Source of the DNA: Takakia lepidozioides
Taxonomy: Eukaryota; Plantae; Bryophyta
Reading direction: 5' to 3'
Assembly (NCBI GenBank): GCA_030704615.1
Contig: CM060733.1
Location: 33,914,001-33,978,000 of the forward strand
DNA: 64,000 bases
The notes under the pieces were generated by a model. It did no database searches and was not told where the DNA came from. It saw only the letters and a program-made list of their open reading frames with translations. Of this stretch, positions 11,085 to 24,130 are shown in pieces. The position numbers and the translations under genes are program-made. Each line of letters opens with the position of its first letter. Position 1 is the first letter of the stretch.

Positions 11085-12341
11085 CCTGGAGGATTGGGTA
11101 GCTCTTGGAATTTGTGTAAACAGAGGTAGCAAGTACCTTGAAAGACTCAAGGAGTACAATGCCAAATTGGCTAAGATATTGGAACAGGATGCTAGTGAAC
11201 TGTCTTATTGGGAGGAAAAAAGAGCTGCAATTGAAGAAGCACTTAGGTTGGCAAACCCGGATAATGAACAGCCTGCTTCCACATAGAAATCTTCCAACGC
11301 CATGGAAAAAGATTTTATTCCATCAGTGACTAACCATCCTATTCTAGGACACATGATTCTGCCTGAAGGAGAAAAAGATGCAATAAGGGATTTCTGTGAG
11401 CAGGTTGAGCTCTCTCAAGTGGAGAAAGAGAGGACTGCTAGAGCAACACCTGGTAACCAACAGTTCGTCCCTTGGTTGCCTCCAAGGGCCGTGGAGCTTG
11501 AGGTAGCAAATAACGACCACATGATGTGGCACCCGCATGCAAACATCAATCTGATGGCTCCCATATCAATTGATATGTGGGTGAAATGGGCCAACCTCAC
11601 ACCTGCAGAATGCAACAGGTGTGCAGCAGATGCAAAAGAAGGCTTCCAAAGGTTAAAAAAAGAACCACTTGTGGTCTCATGGCCTTTGAGGACCTTCTAC
11701 TACAAAATGTGTGATAAGGGGGACAACATGACTTTGAGGACCAAAAATGACCTCCCGACTGGTTTAGCAAGATCTAAGAACCACAAAAGTCAGTTGTTTA
11801 ATTGGCATATGCCATACATCAGATGCAATTGTGGACAAGGTGGTGCGCCACCAGCATGCATCGAAAGTGTAGCATGGTTCGATCACATCGTTTGGTACAT
11901 GCTAAACAACCTTACGATGTTCTTCCCTGTTGATGCATTTCCTTCTATTCAGACCAAGTATTATAATTTCTTGGTGTGGATGATGAAGCTCGATCTGCTG
12001 TTCTGGCACATGTAACCTTTCAGATGACTCAAGAGATTATCATGGAGGCTGCCTGTGAGTTTGCTGCAGATCCTGAAGGTAACCGAATGCTGGTTGAATC
12101 CATCGACAAGATCCATGAAACGAACCTGCAAATCGAGGAAAAGGTAACAAAAGCGCAGGAATTCTTGTTACACACTCAACTCGATTATTTTAAGCTTCGA
12201 GACAAGGAACTAAATCAGACTCAAAAGGATATGGTCTCAGCTATAACGGGCCTCACCAAGGTAATGGGACAAGCCTTTCTAAAGAAAAATGGCATTCCAA
12301 ATGCAGATATCGACAAGGATCGTAGTAGCAACGATGAATGA
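11085..12341 (+). pseudogene. Harbinger companion (ORF2-position) gene, 5'-truncated, with a stop and a frameshift
   Basis: ORFs 11302-12015 and 11976-12341 join across a frameshift near 11975 (..YYNFLVW / DDEARSAV..). The frame extends upstream past a stop at ~11284. The gene converges on the transposase and has a coiled-coil-like C-terminus. Confidence 0.6.
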
Positions 12342-13531
12342 ATGTTGACATAAGCAGCTTGATCAACTACAATTTCCATGAGTCTTTCGACATCTGCGTA
12401 GTTTCTACTACGAATCAGATTGTGTAAAAGACAGCAAGCTGTGAATACGTCTGGCACAATGACGACGTGTAATTCAGTTTTGTGGAGCATTTCCCTGAAA
12501 GTTTTTTTCATGATTCCAAAACTATTTTCTACAACCGACCTTCCTCGCCTGTGCTTTCAATTATAGAGCAATTCGAGCACTGTAGGTTGCCCATCTCTAA
12601 AACGGTGTCATGATCCAAGAAATACAAGGATACCCTTGTCACCCAATAGGTATGGGGTAAATCCTTCTTGACAACCCTTGGCTCGGTCGAAGAGTCCATG
12701 ATACATTGCTTTGCGGTACAAACCTGAGAGGCGAAGGACTCGGTTGTCGTTCACACTCCCAGGCATGCCAACGTACAAGTCAAGAATTGTTTTTTGGCTA
12801 TCTACTACTGCCTGGGCAACCATTGAGTAACCTGAGGACTTGAAGTAGTAGTAGTCTTCTGCTCCTGGACCTGGTGGTTTTGCGATGGCTATATGCGTGC
12901 CATCTATGGCACCGTGTATGCTTGGAAGGCCATACCACTTCTGGAAGTCCTCCATAACAGTGACCATTTTATTTCCTGTTGGCCATGATATCAAATTGCG
13001 AATGGCCCTAACAACCTCTCTGATAATCAACGATACTGTGGATTTGCCAATCGCGAAGAACTCGCTGCAAGTCAACAGGTTTGCTCCTTGAGCAAGTTTG
13101 TACCGTGTGCAGCACACCCAAACTTCTACAGGAATGGCCAGGCGATATCTGGTGTCTTCTTTTCGAACATGACGTTTTATCTTGTTGCCAATGTAGAGCA
13201 CTGTATCTTTTGTCATACAAAAGTTCTGTATCCAACGTTCACTGTCATATTCGGTGACAAGAAAATGGCTGAACCATGTTGTGCTGCGTGGTTTTACCCA
13301 GTCTCCAAGCTCTGTTCCCAATACTGTGGCAAGATTGCATGACATTCTTCGAGTTCTAATGACAGAGGTCGCAAGAACAAGTTGCATGTTTGCAAGCATC
13401 GATTCTGTATCAAAATCTGGAAGAGTGAAAGGAGGAAATCCATGCGTAGCCCCCAAAGATTGAACGGACTTTTCTGACAAAAGTACAACGAATGTCGTGT
13501 ACATGATGAACTCCTCCAGCGAAAAATCCAT
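12221..13531 (-). pseudogene. PIF/Harbinger DDE transposase (HARBI1-like), disrupted
   Basis: Motifs GAIDGTHIAI, MPGSVND.RVL, YLLGDKG/YP, RSVVENSFG and CCLLHNL are present. There is a frameshift after GDKG (~12630) and an in-frame TGA at ~12558. Confidence 0.92.
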
Positions 13532-13659
13532 GCTGAAAAAATGAAGAGCAAAGAATTCACTTCGAAGAGCGAAGAGCGAAGAGCAAAGAGCGGTGAATGA
13601 GAGAGACGACCGTGTCTCGATAGTACCTGTCTCTCTGCAGGTATAGACGTGGGCTAATT

Positions 13660-13843
13660 TGAAAAGGTGGTAAGTAGTTTGTCAGTGGTAAATATCCCTA
13701 GGTGTGTACACATGTAGAAAGTGGTAAATCACACCTCTGTTAGTTTGGGGGTAAGGAAATCCCAAAAGCTTAAATTAAATATTCCGCTAGTGTTAAGGGA
13801 CTTACCACATGCGAGCGTACCACTAGGTGTGTACTGACCTTTA
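13660..13843 (-). mobile_element. Probable Harbinger terminus: TIR AGGTCAGTACACACCTAG with flanking TTA and subterminal repeats
   Basis: The + strand reads ctaggtgtgtactgacct|tta at 13823-13843, with repeated gtggtaa and ctaggtgtgtac nearby. TWA is the known Harbinger target site. No partner TIR was found. Confidence 0.6.
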
Positions 13844-13976
13844 GTGAAAAAACATGAAGGCTAAATCTTAATTGTCATGGGCAGATCAATGAACATCTAT
13901 GATAGTTTTTTCAATGTGTTTCTTGCTGACATAAAGAGCAAATTATAATGCTAACCATAAAAGCGTAACAAGGTGC

Positions 13977-16371
13977 TAATCTGCTTCATCGTCAATCCCC
14001 TCAAACATATCGCCGTCATTGAGCTCGGCTTCTGCCTCCTCGATAAGGTCCTCCTCAGCACGTAAGAAATCTCAGAATGAAGTACCAATTATTGGACCCT
14101 TCGGATCCACACAACCAACTCTAGGATCAGTAGGCCAATTCTTCATGATAACAACTAGCTTGTCCAAGTTTTGAGTGCCAAGACGACACCTACGCAAGCT
14201 TGTGAGAACCCCAGTAATACTGAAAATTCGCTCAGTTTCGATATGAGATCCTGGAATACCGAGAATCTGTCGAGCAATGAAACCCACATGGGGAAATTGT
14301 GTCTCATGTGCCCTCCGCCATGCCAAAGGGTCATCCAACTTAGGATCCACTACCACACGACGAAACACGTTGAGCTCGTTCTTTAACATGGCTCTCAAAG
14401 TATCTCCACTGGAAGATGGCATCCCAAAGATGGAATCCTCCTCATTGGGGGTCGAAGCTGGAGCCTCATTGGCCAAGCTAGGGTTCAGCCATGTATATGC
14501 AGTGACAAGTAATGGCAGCAGTAGCTTAGTGTCGTATTCTAACACCAAGGCAACCATATTGTCCCTGCCACTATAATCAATCATACTTACAAGTGTCTTG
14601 TATCTGTGATCCAACATCATAGCAAGCATATTGTGCCCTTGGTGGCTGAATATCTCACAGCAAAGGAAATAAAAGGATCCAAAACAGTAACAACCTCACG
14701 CATCATGCCAAGACGCAAAAGAACCAATTCATCATCAAAATCAGGGCGAGTTTGAGGAGGAGGCCCTACGTGCTCCAAACGATAAATCTCATGCTTCATC
14801 TTGGTACATATAGTGAGAGCACCATTGAGCACGTCAGACAATAGCCAATATCCTCGATTTTGGTTCAATATGCACTGGTGCACCACTGGAACAAGTGTTT
14901 CAGCAACAATGGAAGCCACAGCCCAAGTCAGAAATGATGGGATTCGTGATTGCAAGGTCAAGGTTTGTTTGCTATAGCACAACTGAATAGCTTCACGAAA
15001 CTCCAAGGTCTCCTGAAAGAGGATTACCTTACTTGCGAAACATGTTTTCACTGGGGTTTTAAGTTTTCGAGATGGCAAGCCGACATCTTTACATGCCCTA
15101 TCTCATTCATGTCTACCTTTTCCACTTTTCTTTGGCCACGTGATCGTCTTCTGCAATGCAGCTTGGGCAGTCTTCAAGTTCACGTGCCTTAAACCAGCCC
15201 CAACCTGAATGTCATTGGTAGCATATTGACATGCCTTGGAAAATGCATGACCAAAGCAGGACCCTACAAATGGCACATTCAAGCTCAAACCATCACATGA
15301 CACAACACTGCTAAGCGCATAAGTAAGGGTGTTCAAAGTCGCACCCTCATCTTTCACAAATGCTATAATCTTGTCTGTCAAGTTATAAGTTGCCAAGAGT
15401 TGTCGCAACTGTATTGCCATGGCATGTCCTGTAGTCTCTGGAGTCTCAAAGAGTCCAGTTGTAATGTGACAGGGCTCCCATGATTCATTCAAGAAGTGCA
15501 CAACCAACACAAATTATGTATCATACCCTGATCGGGACATCCACAGATCGAAGGTAGCTGTAGCCGATACACAACCAGCAAGCGATGGTAACACATATCT
15601 CTCAAGTGTTGTTGCCACCATTTGAGGAAGAACATCCTCCACAAATTGCTTGCGGTTTGGAAATCGAACCCTCCCAGCCTGTCTGAGCATCATCCTTTTG
15701 AGCCAAGTATTTTCAACAGAAGACAAAGGCTGGTAAGTTTTGACAATGTACAAGACCAAGTCCTCATTGAAACGTTGTTGGGCTCCATCTTCCTGCTTGT
15801 AAGGGTTTTGGGAGCCAAAAAAATTAGTGATGGCCCCGGCTGCCACACCTTTCCGCTTCTTGGCACTTTGTCGTTCACCCTCAGCGGCCTTCTTGGCTAT
15901 CTTAGACTTCAATAACTCTTCTCCATGTCGATCAGTGACGTGTTTCTTTATGGCTGTTGTGCCATGCTCTTTATTTTAAGTCACGATGCCTATCCGAGAG
16001 CGGGTCGAACTCCCCTCAGTACTGCAGATTTGAGTGGCAGAATGGCATATGATGCACCTCATCAACTGGGGACTTTGCAAATCAACTTGCCCACCATCAT
16101 TCACCACAAAGAAACCCCACGATGCTGAATTTCTATGATGCACATGCCAGAATTTGAAGTTGGCTCTCAAACGAGGTAGTAACAAGTTCCACACTGCATC
16201 TGGATCAGCACCTAGTTCAGGCTCGGGCTCGGAAGCTTCATACACGATCTCACTGTCCTCAATAGCCTCATCAGTCACACGGCCTTCATACTCTGTCATA
16301 GAAATTGGGGTGATAGTATCAAGGCTGATTGCTTCTTCCAAATTTCCTCTAACCTCTGACATTGCGCACAA
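13977..16371 (-). pseudogene. hAT transposase (BED finger, DDE, hATC dimerisation domain), disrupted
   Basis: RCIIC...KKHVTDRH BED finger, TFDLWMS, FVKDEGA, CFGH, then FPHVGFIARQILGIPGSHIETERIFS. Several stops and frameshifts split it into ORFs 15976-16371, 15514-15912, 15103-15510, 14617-15078 and 14072-14629. Confidence 0.92.
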
Positions 16372-16729
16372 AAATTAGGAAAGAGTGCAAGCCATATCCC
16401 TAAGTGCACAGAGTACCATAAATAGACCTGCATCGAAGAAGTCATATCTGGAAAAGATGGAGCATGAGTATGAGGAGATGAACATCCCTGCAACATTGTC
16501 CATAATTACGGATGGCCGCCAAAGATCTAGAAACTTGATGCCCCCAGACCTACCGTAATACTCAAAGTCTACTGTCAATCTTGAGCAGTGCACAACGCGT
16601 GCACTAAATGTCACATGCAGGGTGGCGGCAAAAAGCAATATGTCGAGCCACTTGATATATGTATTTGATATTGATATGTGGGAAATATAGTTTTTTTTAG
16701 CCCTCAATCAATATCATCAAAGCCTTATC

Positions 16730-16884
16730 CAAAGGGTATGGGTATGGGCATCAATATCAGCTGAGCACTTAACCGGGTTATGAACCGGGTATTGTCCAAC
16801 AATGCACCATGTAAGTCCGGGTCCACATACCCGCATTGATACCCGTGTTGATACCCCTACGTACCCAATACCCTTCCAACACTG
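16730..16884 (-). mobile_element. Probable hAT 5' terminus: TIR CAGTGTTGG.. with ATACCC/GGGTAT subterminal repeats
   Basis: The + strand ends ..cccttccaacactg at 16884, preceded by multiple gggtat/ataccc motifs. It lies upstream of the transposase. Confidence 0.6.
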
Positions 16885-18144
16885 ATTGCGACTTTGCATA
16901 TGTGATCTGAACATACTTATGCATGTGTGTACCAAATATGAGCTTCAACCAAGTTCGTTCAATGGGTCATTCAAGTGTTGAACGCAGCTACGTGTCGTAG
17001 AGACGGAAAACTGCATTTTGCCTACACATGATTTTTTTTTTATTCCATTCTGAAGTCATATGCTTAATGACAGCATATGCAATGTGCATGCAAAATTTGG
17101 GAGTAAAGAAAAGTCATTTGGACCCAGAACCATATTTTCTTCTCTCATTTGCACTCCAAAGTTGAGTTATCTTCAGCTTCATGCACTCTTCATAAAAAGT
17201 TTTGCTTCAACAGTTGCTATGCATCCTTGTGAGGCTTGAACTGGAATTTGCAGCGTTGGAGAGACTGAGTAGGTGATGGAAGCAGGGGAATGGCTGCTAG
17301 TGGGACAACTGATGTGACTGGCTGCGACACCGGGGGCGCTTCAATAGATAGAAATTGAGATACTTGCATATCGGAGGAGCTGGAGGAATTGTCTTGGCCC
17401 TTATTGTACTTGGAATAGTTGATGTGTTCTTCAAGACGGTTCTTTTAATCTGCTCATTTTCCTCATGAACTTTAGATTTCAAAATGGCATGTAAGATGGT
17501 GAACCCATTCTGCAGGATGATCTTCTGATCATTGTGGGGTTGTCCACAACTGTTGGAAGATTGAAGGGGTCTGGTTGGACCCAATCTTCCCTTGATACAA
17601 GCCCTGGTTGCAACATGTCTTTCTCTTCCATAATTGCTAGAATCTGTGTGGAAGGGGTAAGGCTGGCCCCAAGCCCCGGACAATCCTCAATATATGTTCG
17701 GGTCAGATAATCTCAGAGTGCAGGTGGAGAGTAAGGTGAGTGAGGTGAACCTGGAAAAACCTTTGAATTTTGTTGTGAAATGTAGGAATAGGGCTGCAGT
17801 CCTGAGTCAATCGGCATAAAATTGGAGATGTCCTGCACTGTGATCCAAAGAGATTCCATGTCGAATCCATCATGTCCGGTGATGAGAAAAGATGTTCTCT
17901 TCCATTGAACGAGAGTATAGCCCAAGAGGAGGGTGCGCACCTTTTGCCGTTGTGGCTTCCACCAAAGCCACTTCAGCAGATTGTGTATAAGCTCAACACT
18001 ACAACCCACATCGATCCATTTGGGTTGCTGACAGGTGTAGAAGTGTTGGGCTATCGCATTGCACTCTATATTCACAACACGTTCATTTATAGGTGACTGT
18101 TTTTTGTTGCTTGCATCGCTAGGTCCCAAGGGAGTGGATATTGG

Positions 18145-18354
18145 GTGAAGATGAGGGAGGAATGGAGCCCTTGGTATACGGCAATCCCGAACACTGTCAG
18201 TGCCACTGGTAGTGTTGAGTGCAACATATGTGGATTAAAGCTTTCTTATCGTAAGGATCGGTTGCTTGCTCACCTCGGCTATAAAGGTGTGAAGAGCGCT
18301 GGGGTGGGTTTATGCCCCAAAGCATCTATGCAGGTAAAAAGCCACTTTGCCTAG
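18145..18354 (+). pseudogene. Orphan BED-type zinc finger fragment (hAT/DUF659-like)
   Basis: VECNICGLKLSYRKDRLLAHLG..VGLCPK gives a Cx2C..H..C pattern. Confidence 0.6.
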
Positions 18355-20199
18355 TGTGGAAGCAATAGGAGTAGGCAGGCGTTTGTAGATCATAGGTGTG
18401 ATATAGATTGACTTGGGGTCTGCTTGCGCCAGATCCTGGGGGGTGCCTTTGAGATAGAGGGAAGGGAAGGATTGAAGCTTGGTGCAGGTTCTGCCCACTA
18501 TTGGATTGTAAGCAACATATGATCTGATGGCCAGAGGGAAGACCTTGGCTTGCAGACGAAATCTTCTACGCTCAATAGAAGAGGGCCGAAAGCGCTTGGG
18601 TGCATGAATCTTGGGGATTGAATGGATTCCTCTGCCGTATAGGTCCCTGCAATTGGAATAAGCGGTCTCCGGGTTGTTTCTCCAGCTTCCAGGCCTGGAA
18701 TGTAAGGTAGAGCAATAATCCTTGGGCTCCAGATATTACCATTCTTGTTCCCCATAGCCTTGGACCAGGGAAATTTGTTGACATTGAAGCCTATGAGATG
18801 GGGGTTAAACGAAAGAGCCTTCTTAGAGGCCTCTTTGGTTTCCAACAAAATAAAAAAGAACCAGTGTTCCCCCTAGCGTGACAGAAATGCTGCTTCAGAT
18901 AGCCCTAGCCTCCCAGATGTTTAATTGCCCAGTCCTTGACAAAGGTACCATTTCCATTGGAAGGAGGGGTGATCTTTGGCCATTGCCTCCTGGAGGTCAA
19001 TGCCTGGGGACAACTGAAGCAGTTCATCACAAAGCTCGTTGAGTGAAGATGCGACTGGGGAGCCATAAGCCTGACGATCGCCGACCCATTGGTGGGGAGG
19101 AGGAGGGGAAATTCCGCGATAGCGAGTTGGGGAGCGCGATCGTGAGGCTGTGGATTGAGCAAGACCCAGTGCAGGCCCAACACGAGCTTCAAAAGCTTGG
19201 GCTTGGTGGGCCTGGAAGAAATTGGTACCTGATGAAGGTTGCTACCAGCGACGAGGTGGGAAATTGATCTCTCGTGCCAGACCATTACGCCAGGGAGCTC
19301 CCTTGGAAGAACGCGGGATCGGGGCCATTGGAAGGGAAGAAAACAGTATAAAAGAAACCAGATGTAGAACTAGGGAGAGAGAAAAAAGATAAGGAGAAGG
19401 AGAACTAGATAGAATAGAGCAAGTAGAGAGAGAAAACACCACTAACTGAGAATAGCAGCTAGAATGGCGAAGGAAAACAACCCTGCTACCCAGAAAGCAG
19501 GAAAAGAGGAGGAGAGACCAAGAAATTCTAAGAAACGAAATATATAGAGATTTCGATGCAGGAGGGATATATCTGGAGCTAGAAACGGAAGTTGTGGATA
19601 GCAACTCCAAGACAATCCTAGATAAAGGTACCAGTCGAGCACAAATATCAGTACCGGGAACACTTCCAATGCAGACAAAACAACCAAACAAGCACAATAT
19701 AGGCAGGCCGCTAAACACTTGCGAAGACCCAGAGCAGCGCAAGTTGGAAGGAGGCTAGGAATTGACTCGGATAGCAAACACAGGGGAGCGGGAGAGATAG
19801 AATGAATGAGTGAGTTAAGGGGTTGATTGTGAGTTAAAGTTTAGCATTCGTTGTCAGTCTGGAGACTGCACGAGTGATGAAAGTTGCCTGAGAGCGACTT
19901 AGGCCTATTCTCGTTTAGAAGCTGTGAGGAAGGAAGGGTGACCAAAGGGGCAGGGATATAGAGAAGAAAGTCCGGGGAAGGCACTTCGCCATAGACAGCC
20001 ATTGGGGAGCTTCCTCTCTCACCGCAAAACGTGGAGCTCTCGTGTGCTTCGCCATCTCATTCTCTGGATTTTAACTTTTATGATAGTGAATGTAAACATT
20101 AAATATTAGATGCTAACCTTTTGCAATTTTCTTAAAGCATTCATGTTTAAACTTTATAGGCCAAAGCTGCCTCCAATGATATATCGCCATTAGTGCTAC

Positions 20200-21850
20200 C
20201 AAGTACATCAGATACAATATTTTGCATTGCATGTTCATGTTACATGTATGTCTTTGATGTCTTTGTCGTATCTCATATGCGTTTCTTTTGTCTTATGCTT
20301 GGTCATGCCAATCTCGGATCTCCCATTCAGTTCAATCGACCGGTGCAGTCAGTCAACGAGCTCTTAACAAACCCGCTTCTCCAAATGAATATCTTCGAGT
20401 TGGAATGCGACTTCAACTGCTTATATTTCTCTTGCTTTTTTAATTCGATTAAAGGGGCCTTAGGCTGTCCCCTTTCTTATTTATATGAAGCAATTATTAT
20501 ATTCTAATCAGCTTGGATGCCAACTGTACATTGGAAAATAGTCAGTGTTTTTTTGGACATCATCTCCTCCCATTTACCCGAGGCTGTTGTCTCCTCATAT
20601 TCAAACATAGTCGAGGTCTGTCCAATATATTTTGAGGGTCTTGTCGTCTTGTCTCTAGATAATAGATAACTACATCAGTAGTTCCCATATTGCAAACATT
20701 GCTTTCACAAGGAATGTATTGACATTTGGCTGCAAGTCAATGTTGGTTGTCCAGTTTACAAGTAGATATTTATAGAAGAAGAATCGTGTCTCGAATCGAG
20801 AAGAATCTGCAATCATTCTATTCTTCGGTTGCTGTTTTCCCTTCATCTGAGGAATATAAGATTATTAAGACTACTGTGTGTTTACATGACAAAGAATCCG
20901 TATGGAAGCTCAGGACAATTATTTTTTAATTCAGCTCAAAACAATATGACAGATAGTCGCTATATAGAACAAGTGGGAGTGTCGATCTATGGACATTGAA
21001 TGATTTTGAACTATTATGAGAGTATAGATGAGTGCCAAGTTGTTTGAAATAAAAAAAGACAATTGCTCAATATTTTATTTAAATCCTTGATACATTGCTT
21101 GGATTGAGCAGCTGTAGTCAATCTACAAACACAAAGTAAATCAAAGAGTGCTCTATGGGTTCAACTCTAATCCTAGGTTTCACACTGCAGGTTTCAATTG
21201 AGGTATCATCTTGCATTGAAGTATCCACATTATCATTAATTTTAAGCCTATGCGATGGAAGAAAATTGATTAGGTTGTCTATGTTGCAAATTGTGATGAA
21301 ATAAATGTCCTCATATATGATTCTCAGGATTGGGTACATAATGCAGGCTGCTCTTGTTGCGAAAGGATTGCCTATACTTGGGGATGAGAAAAAGACGATG
21401 CTGATCTTCGGAATATTGATCGCTGAAGAAAATGATGGCACACCAAAGATCCTAATTTGTGAACAACCAAAGAAACATGTTGCTCGGGACAAATAGTAGA
21501 TTTGATAACTACTTTCTGAGATTATTTGGATAATCTTATTTGAAGTTAAAAAAAAGACCAATTTGAGACGAGAAGGGCTCCCACCTTCATCAACATGGAC
21601 AATCCAATACTGAGCTCTTATTGGATCGGAAACCCAATCCAAAATTTTAAAATAAAACAGTTCAAACTCTTTGAGCATCAACTTGTAAACTGCCTCACAC
21701 ACAATCTCAACAATAACATCTCCCCGAATTGGTTTTCCGACATGAGAGCAGCCGAGAGTTCTAGGCATTTCACTGCAAGTCAGGAAAACATTAGAAGAAA
21801 ATGAACTGAGTCCGAGAAATGGTGAACCAAAAGTTTCAAATGATAGTATG
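20200..21850 (-). mobile_element. Highly decayed L1-like reverse transcriptase fragment
   Basis: ORF 21118-21768 has degenerate RT motifs in the expected order: LKLVF (~LKLDF), TRAACIMYPIL (~RQGCPLAPYL), SMQDDT (~QYADDT). Boundaries are approximate. Confidence 0.45.
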
Positions 21851-22909
21851 GATAATAAACCATCACAAATTTTGATTGTGTAATTCCATCAAAGATATCA
21901 TAATCACCACTAGAATTACTAGATAACATCCCACCTACTACTCGAAGTTCTTTTGAGCTCTCAGTTCATTGAAATATGAGTTGTTACTTCCATTAACCCC
22001 GATTCACAAATACTCAACACTATAATTTATGGCTTGCAATCAGATCATGTTTAGAATTAAAACTTTGTTAGGCTTGAACAACACTGCATATCTGATATTA
22101 AAGGAGAAATTATATTGGATGGACCCTAAACATGTATTTTTTGCTTTTTTAAAGTCACCTAATTATATTGAGACATTCAATCAACATAATAAATTACTTC
22201 ATTTCAACATATTAGATTAAGATTTCTTATAAATATAATATAAATTGTGTTTCTTATAATTTTTTTTTCCAACAATTATAATATGAGATTTTAATGTAGA
22301 AATTTATAAAATATTCCGTAGCAATCTTTCAAAAATAAGAAGAAACCAAATAAACTATGTTTTGATCCAACAATTCAATTATAGTATGAGATAGTAGATA
22401 TTTTTAATATAATTCTGTAGCAACAAAGAACTTATAAATATTCATCTCCAATTCATCTCATAAGTACTGAGGTTTACCACTCTCAATTAGATTCTGAAAG
22501 GGGGTTAATTTTTCCCCCTCCTCAAGGGCCTGAATTGCTCCCAGGTTTCCTTTTTGAAAAATAAAAAATAAAATAAAAGATCATGTTTGGACAATTGCAC
22601 CTTACCAACACTGAGTATTCGATAGTACAGAAGCATCATATTAGACGGACCATAAACCTGTATTTATTGCTTTTAATATACCTAATTATATTTCTTCGTC
22701 CTTATGGGAAGAGTCGCTTATTTTTAGAGCTATGAACAACCAAGTTGTAGCCGAGGGCACTAGCCCTTTAGGGTGAAGAGACACCACAACTTACGGCGTC
22801 ATATATTTATTGGCTCTTCTTTATTTTAAAGAAGAGAGTATACATCAGTGTCAAAAATCGCTAAAATCACGAAGCCTGTGTTGTGCCTCCTCTCTTTTGC
22901 TGAAAACTA

Positions 22910-23383
22910 CCGTAGTGACCTAGCTTATTAGGCACTTCCGCGCCTAATAATGAATAAAAATGGATATTATTAGGCAGATTCGTTTTTATTATTTAGGCAC
23001 CTCCCTAGGTAATTTCCCCAAACATTAGGCATGTATTACAGTCGACCCTGGATAATAATGAACAATTGTTTTTTACCTCCCTCAAAAACTATTGTTGAGG
23101 TAATTGTCTTTTAAAAAAAACATAATGGTCTTGAAAATAGATATTACCTCAACAATTGGAGGTCAAAAACAATTGTTGAGGTAATTTTTTTGGATTTTAA
23201 ATATTACAATTTAGGCATTTCTCCCACATATTTGGACATTTTGGCGTTTTTCACAATTTTCGAGCAATTAGGCACTACTCAGGATTTTTTTCCAAGTTTT
23301 AGGCACATTTTCCAAAAATGTTCTAAGTTTAATTAGGCACTTGATTTTGAATTAATATTACGTAATAAGCTAGGTCAGTATGG
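22910..23383. mobile_element. Tc1/mariner(pogo)-type MITE with TA target duplication
   Basis: ta|ccgtagtgacctagcttatta ... taataagctaggtcagtatgg|ta, with a 15-bp perfect core TIR and many internal ttaggca repeats. Confidence 0.8.
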
Positions 23384-23964
23384 TACTTCCTCATATGTTT
23401 TTTTAATTTGTTTTTTAAAAATAAACAGGGGACAGAGCCCTGGATGAAACTTTATTGATGATTATTGAAGGGAAAAAAATTAAAACCCTTGATTGCCTGA
23501 AGGCGGCCATAAGGCTTGACACACGGAAGGCCGTGCTTGATAACTATCGAACAGTTTGATGAAAACACGACACCAGGGATTAATGCGATCAACACCTCGG
23601 CACCATGAGGTAGGAGGCCAGAGCTTACTGCGCCCAGTGGACGAAATTTACCATAACGAAAGACCATATCCTAACATGACGGAAAGCAGCCGCACCCTGA
23701 TGAGGGTATCTTCTTCGCAAAACGGAGGAGGGCGGGCAAAGAGAAGGGAAAGAAGGGAATCATTAGAGAAAAAGGCAAAGCGAATTGGAACGGACGACTA
23801 CTTGTCCATTAAGTGGTGTCATCATGAGCATGTATGAGTTAATACGGTTCATTGGAGTGACCTAATTTGGACCACTTGTGATCAAAGCACCTTTTAAAGA
23901 TGGCATATGGTTAGTTTATGTATTTTTCTAGGGGTCCGTTTTGGGTACCCTCTCCATTTTAGGT

Positions 23965-24130
23965 GTTTCTACCTTAGCTGAGTGGTAATGGGCACATATC
24001 AGTGGTTGTTCCATCAGTTAAACTCACCGACTGGTGTCACAAAAATGTTCACCAGCTTCCCGCCCAAGGAAGGAGCCCTTCGAGGTCATGAGACACCATA
24101 ATTTAGGTTTTCCTCATGGCATCAGTTTTA
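23965..24130 (+). mobile_element. Putative tRNA-derived SINE
   Basis: A-box TAGCTGAGTGG at 23975-23985 and a degenerate B-box gttaaactc at 24017-24025. The tail gagacaccataattta is shared with 22778 (+) and 51642-51657 (-). Confidence 0.45.

Noticed and set aside
23697-23730. CTGATGAG hammerhead-like core; also checked at ~16267, ~48283, ~57495 and ~58775
   Set aside because: No stem II followed by GAAA at any of these sites.
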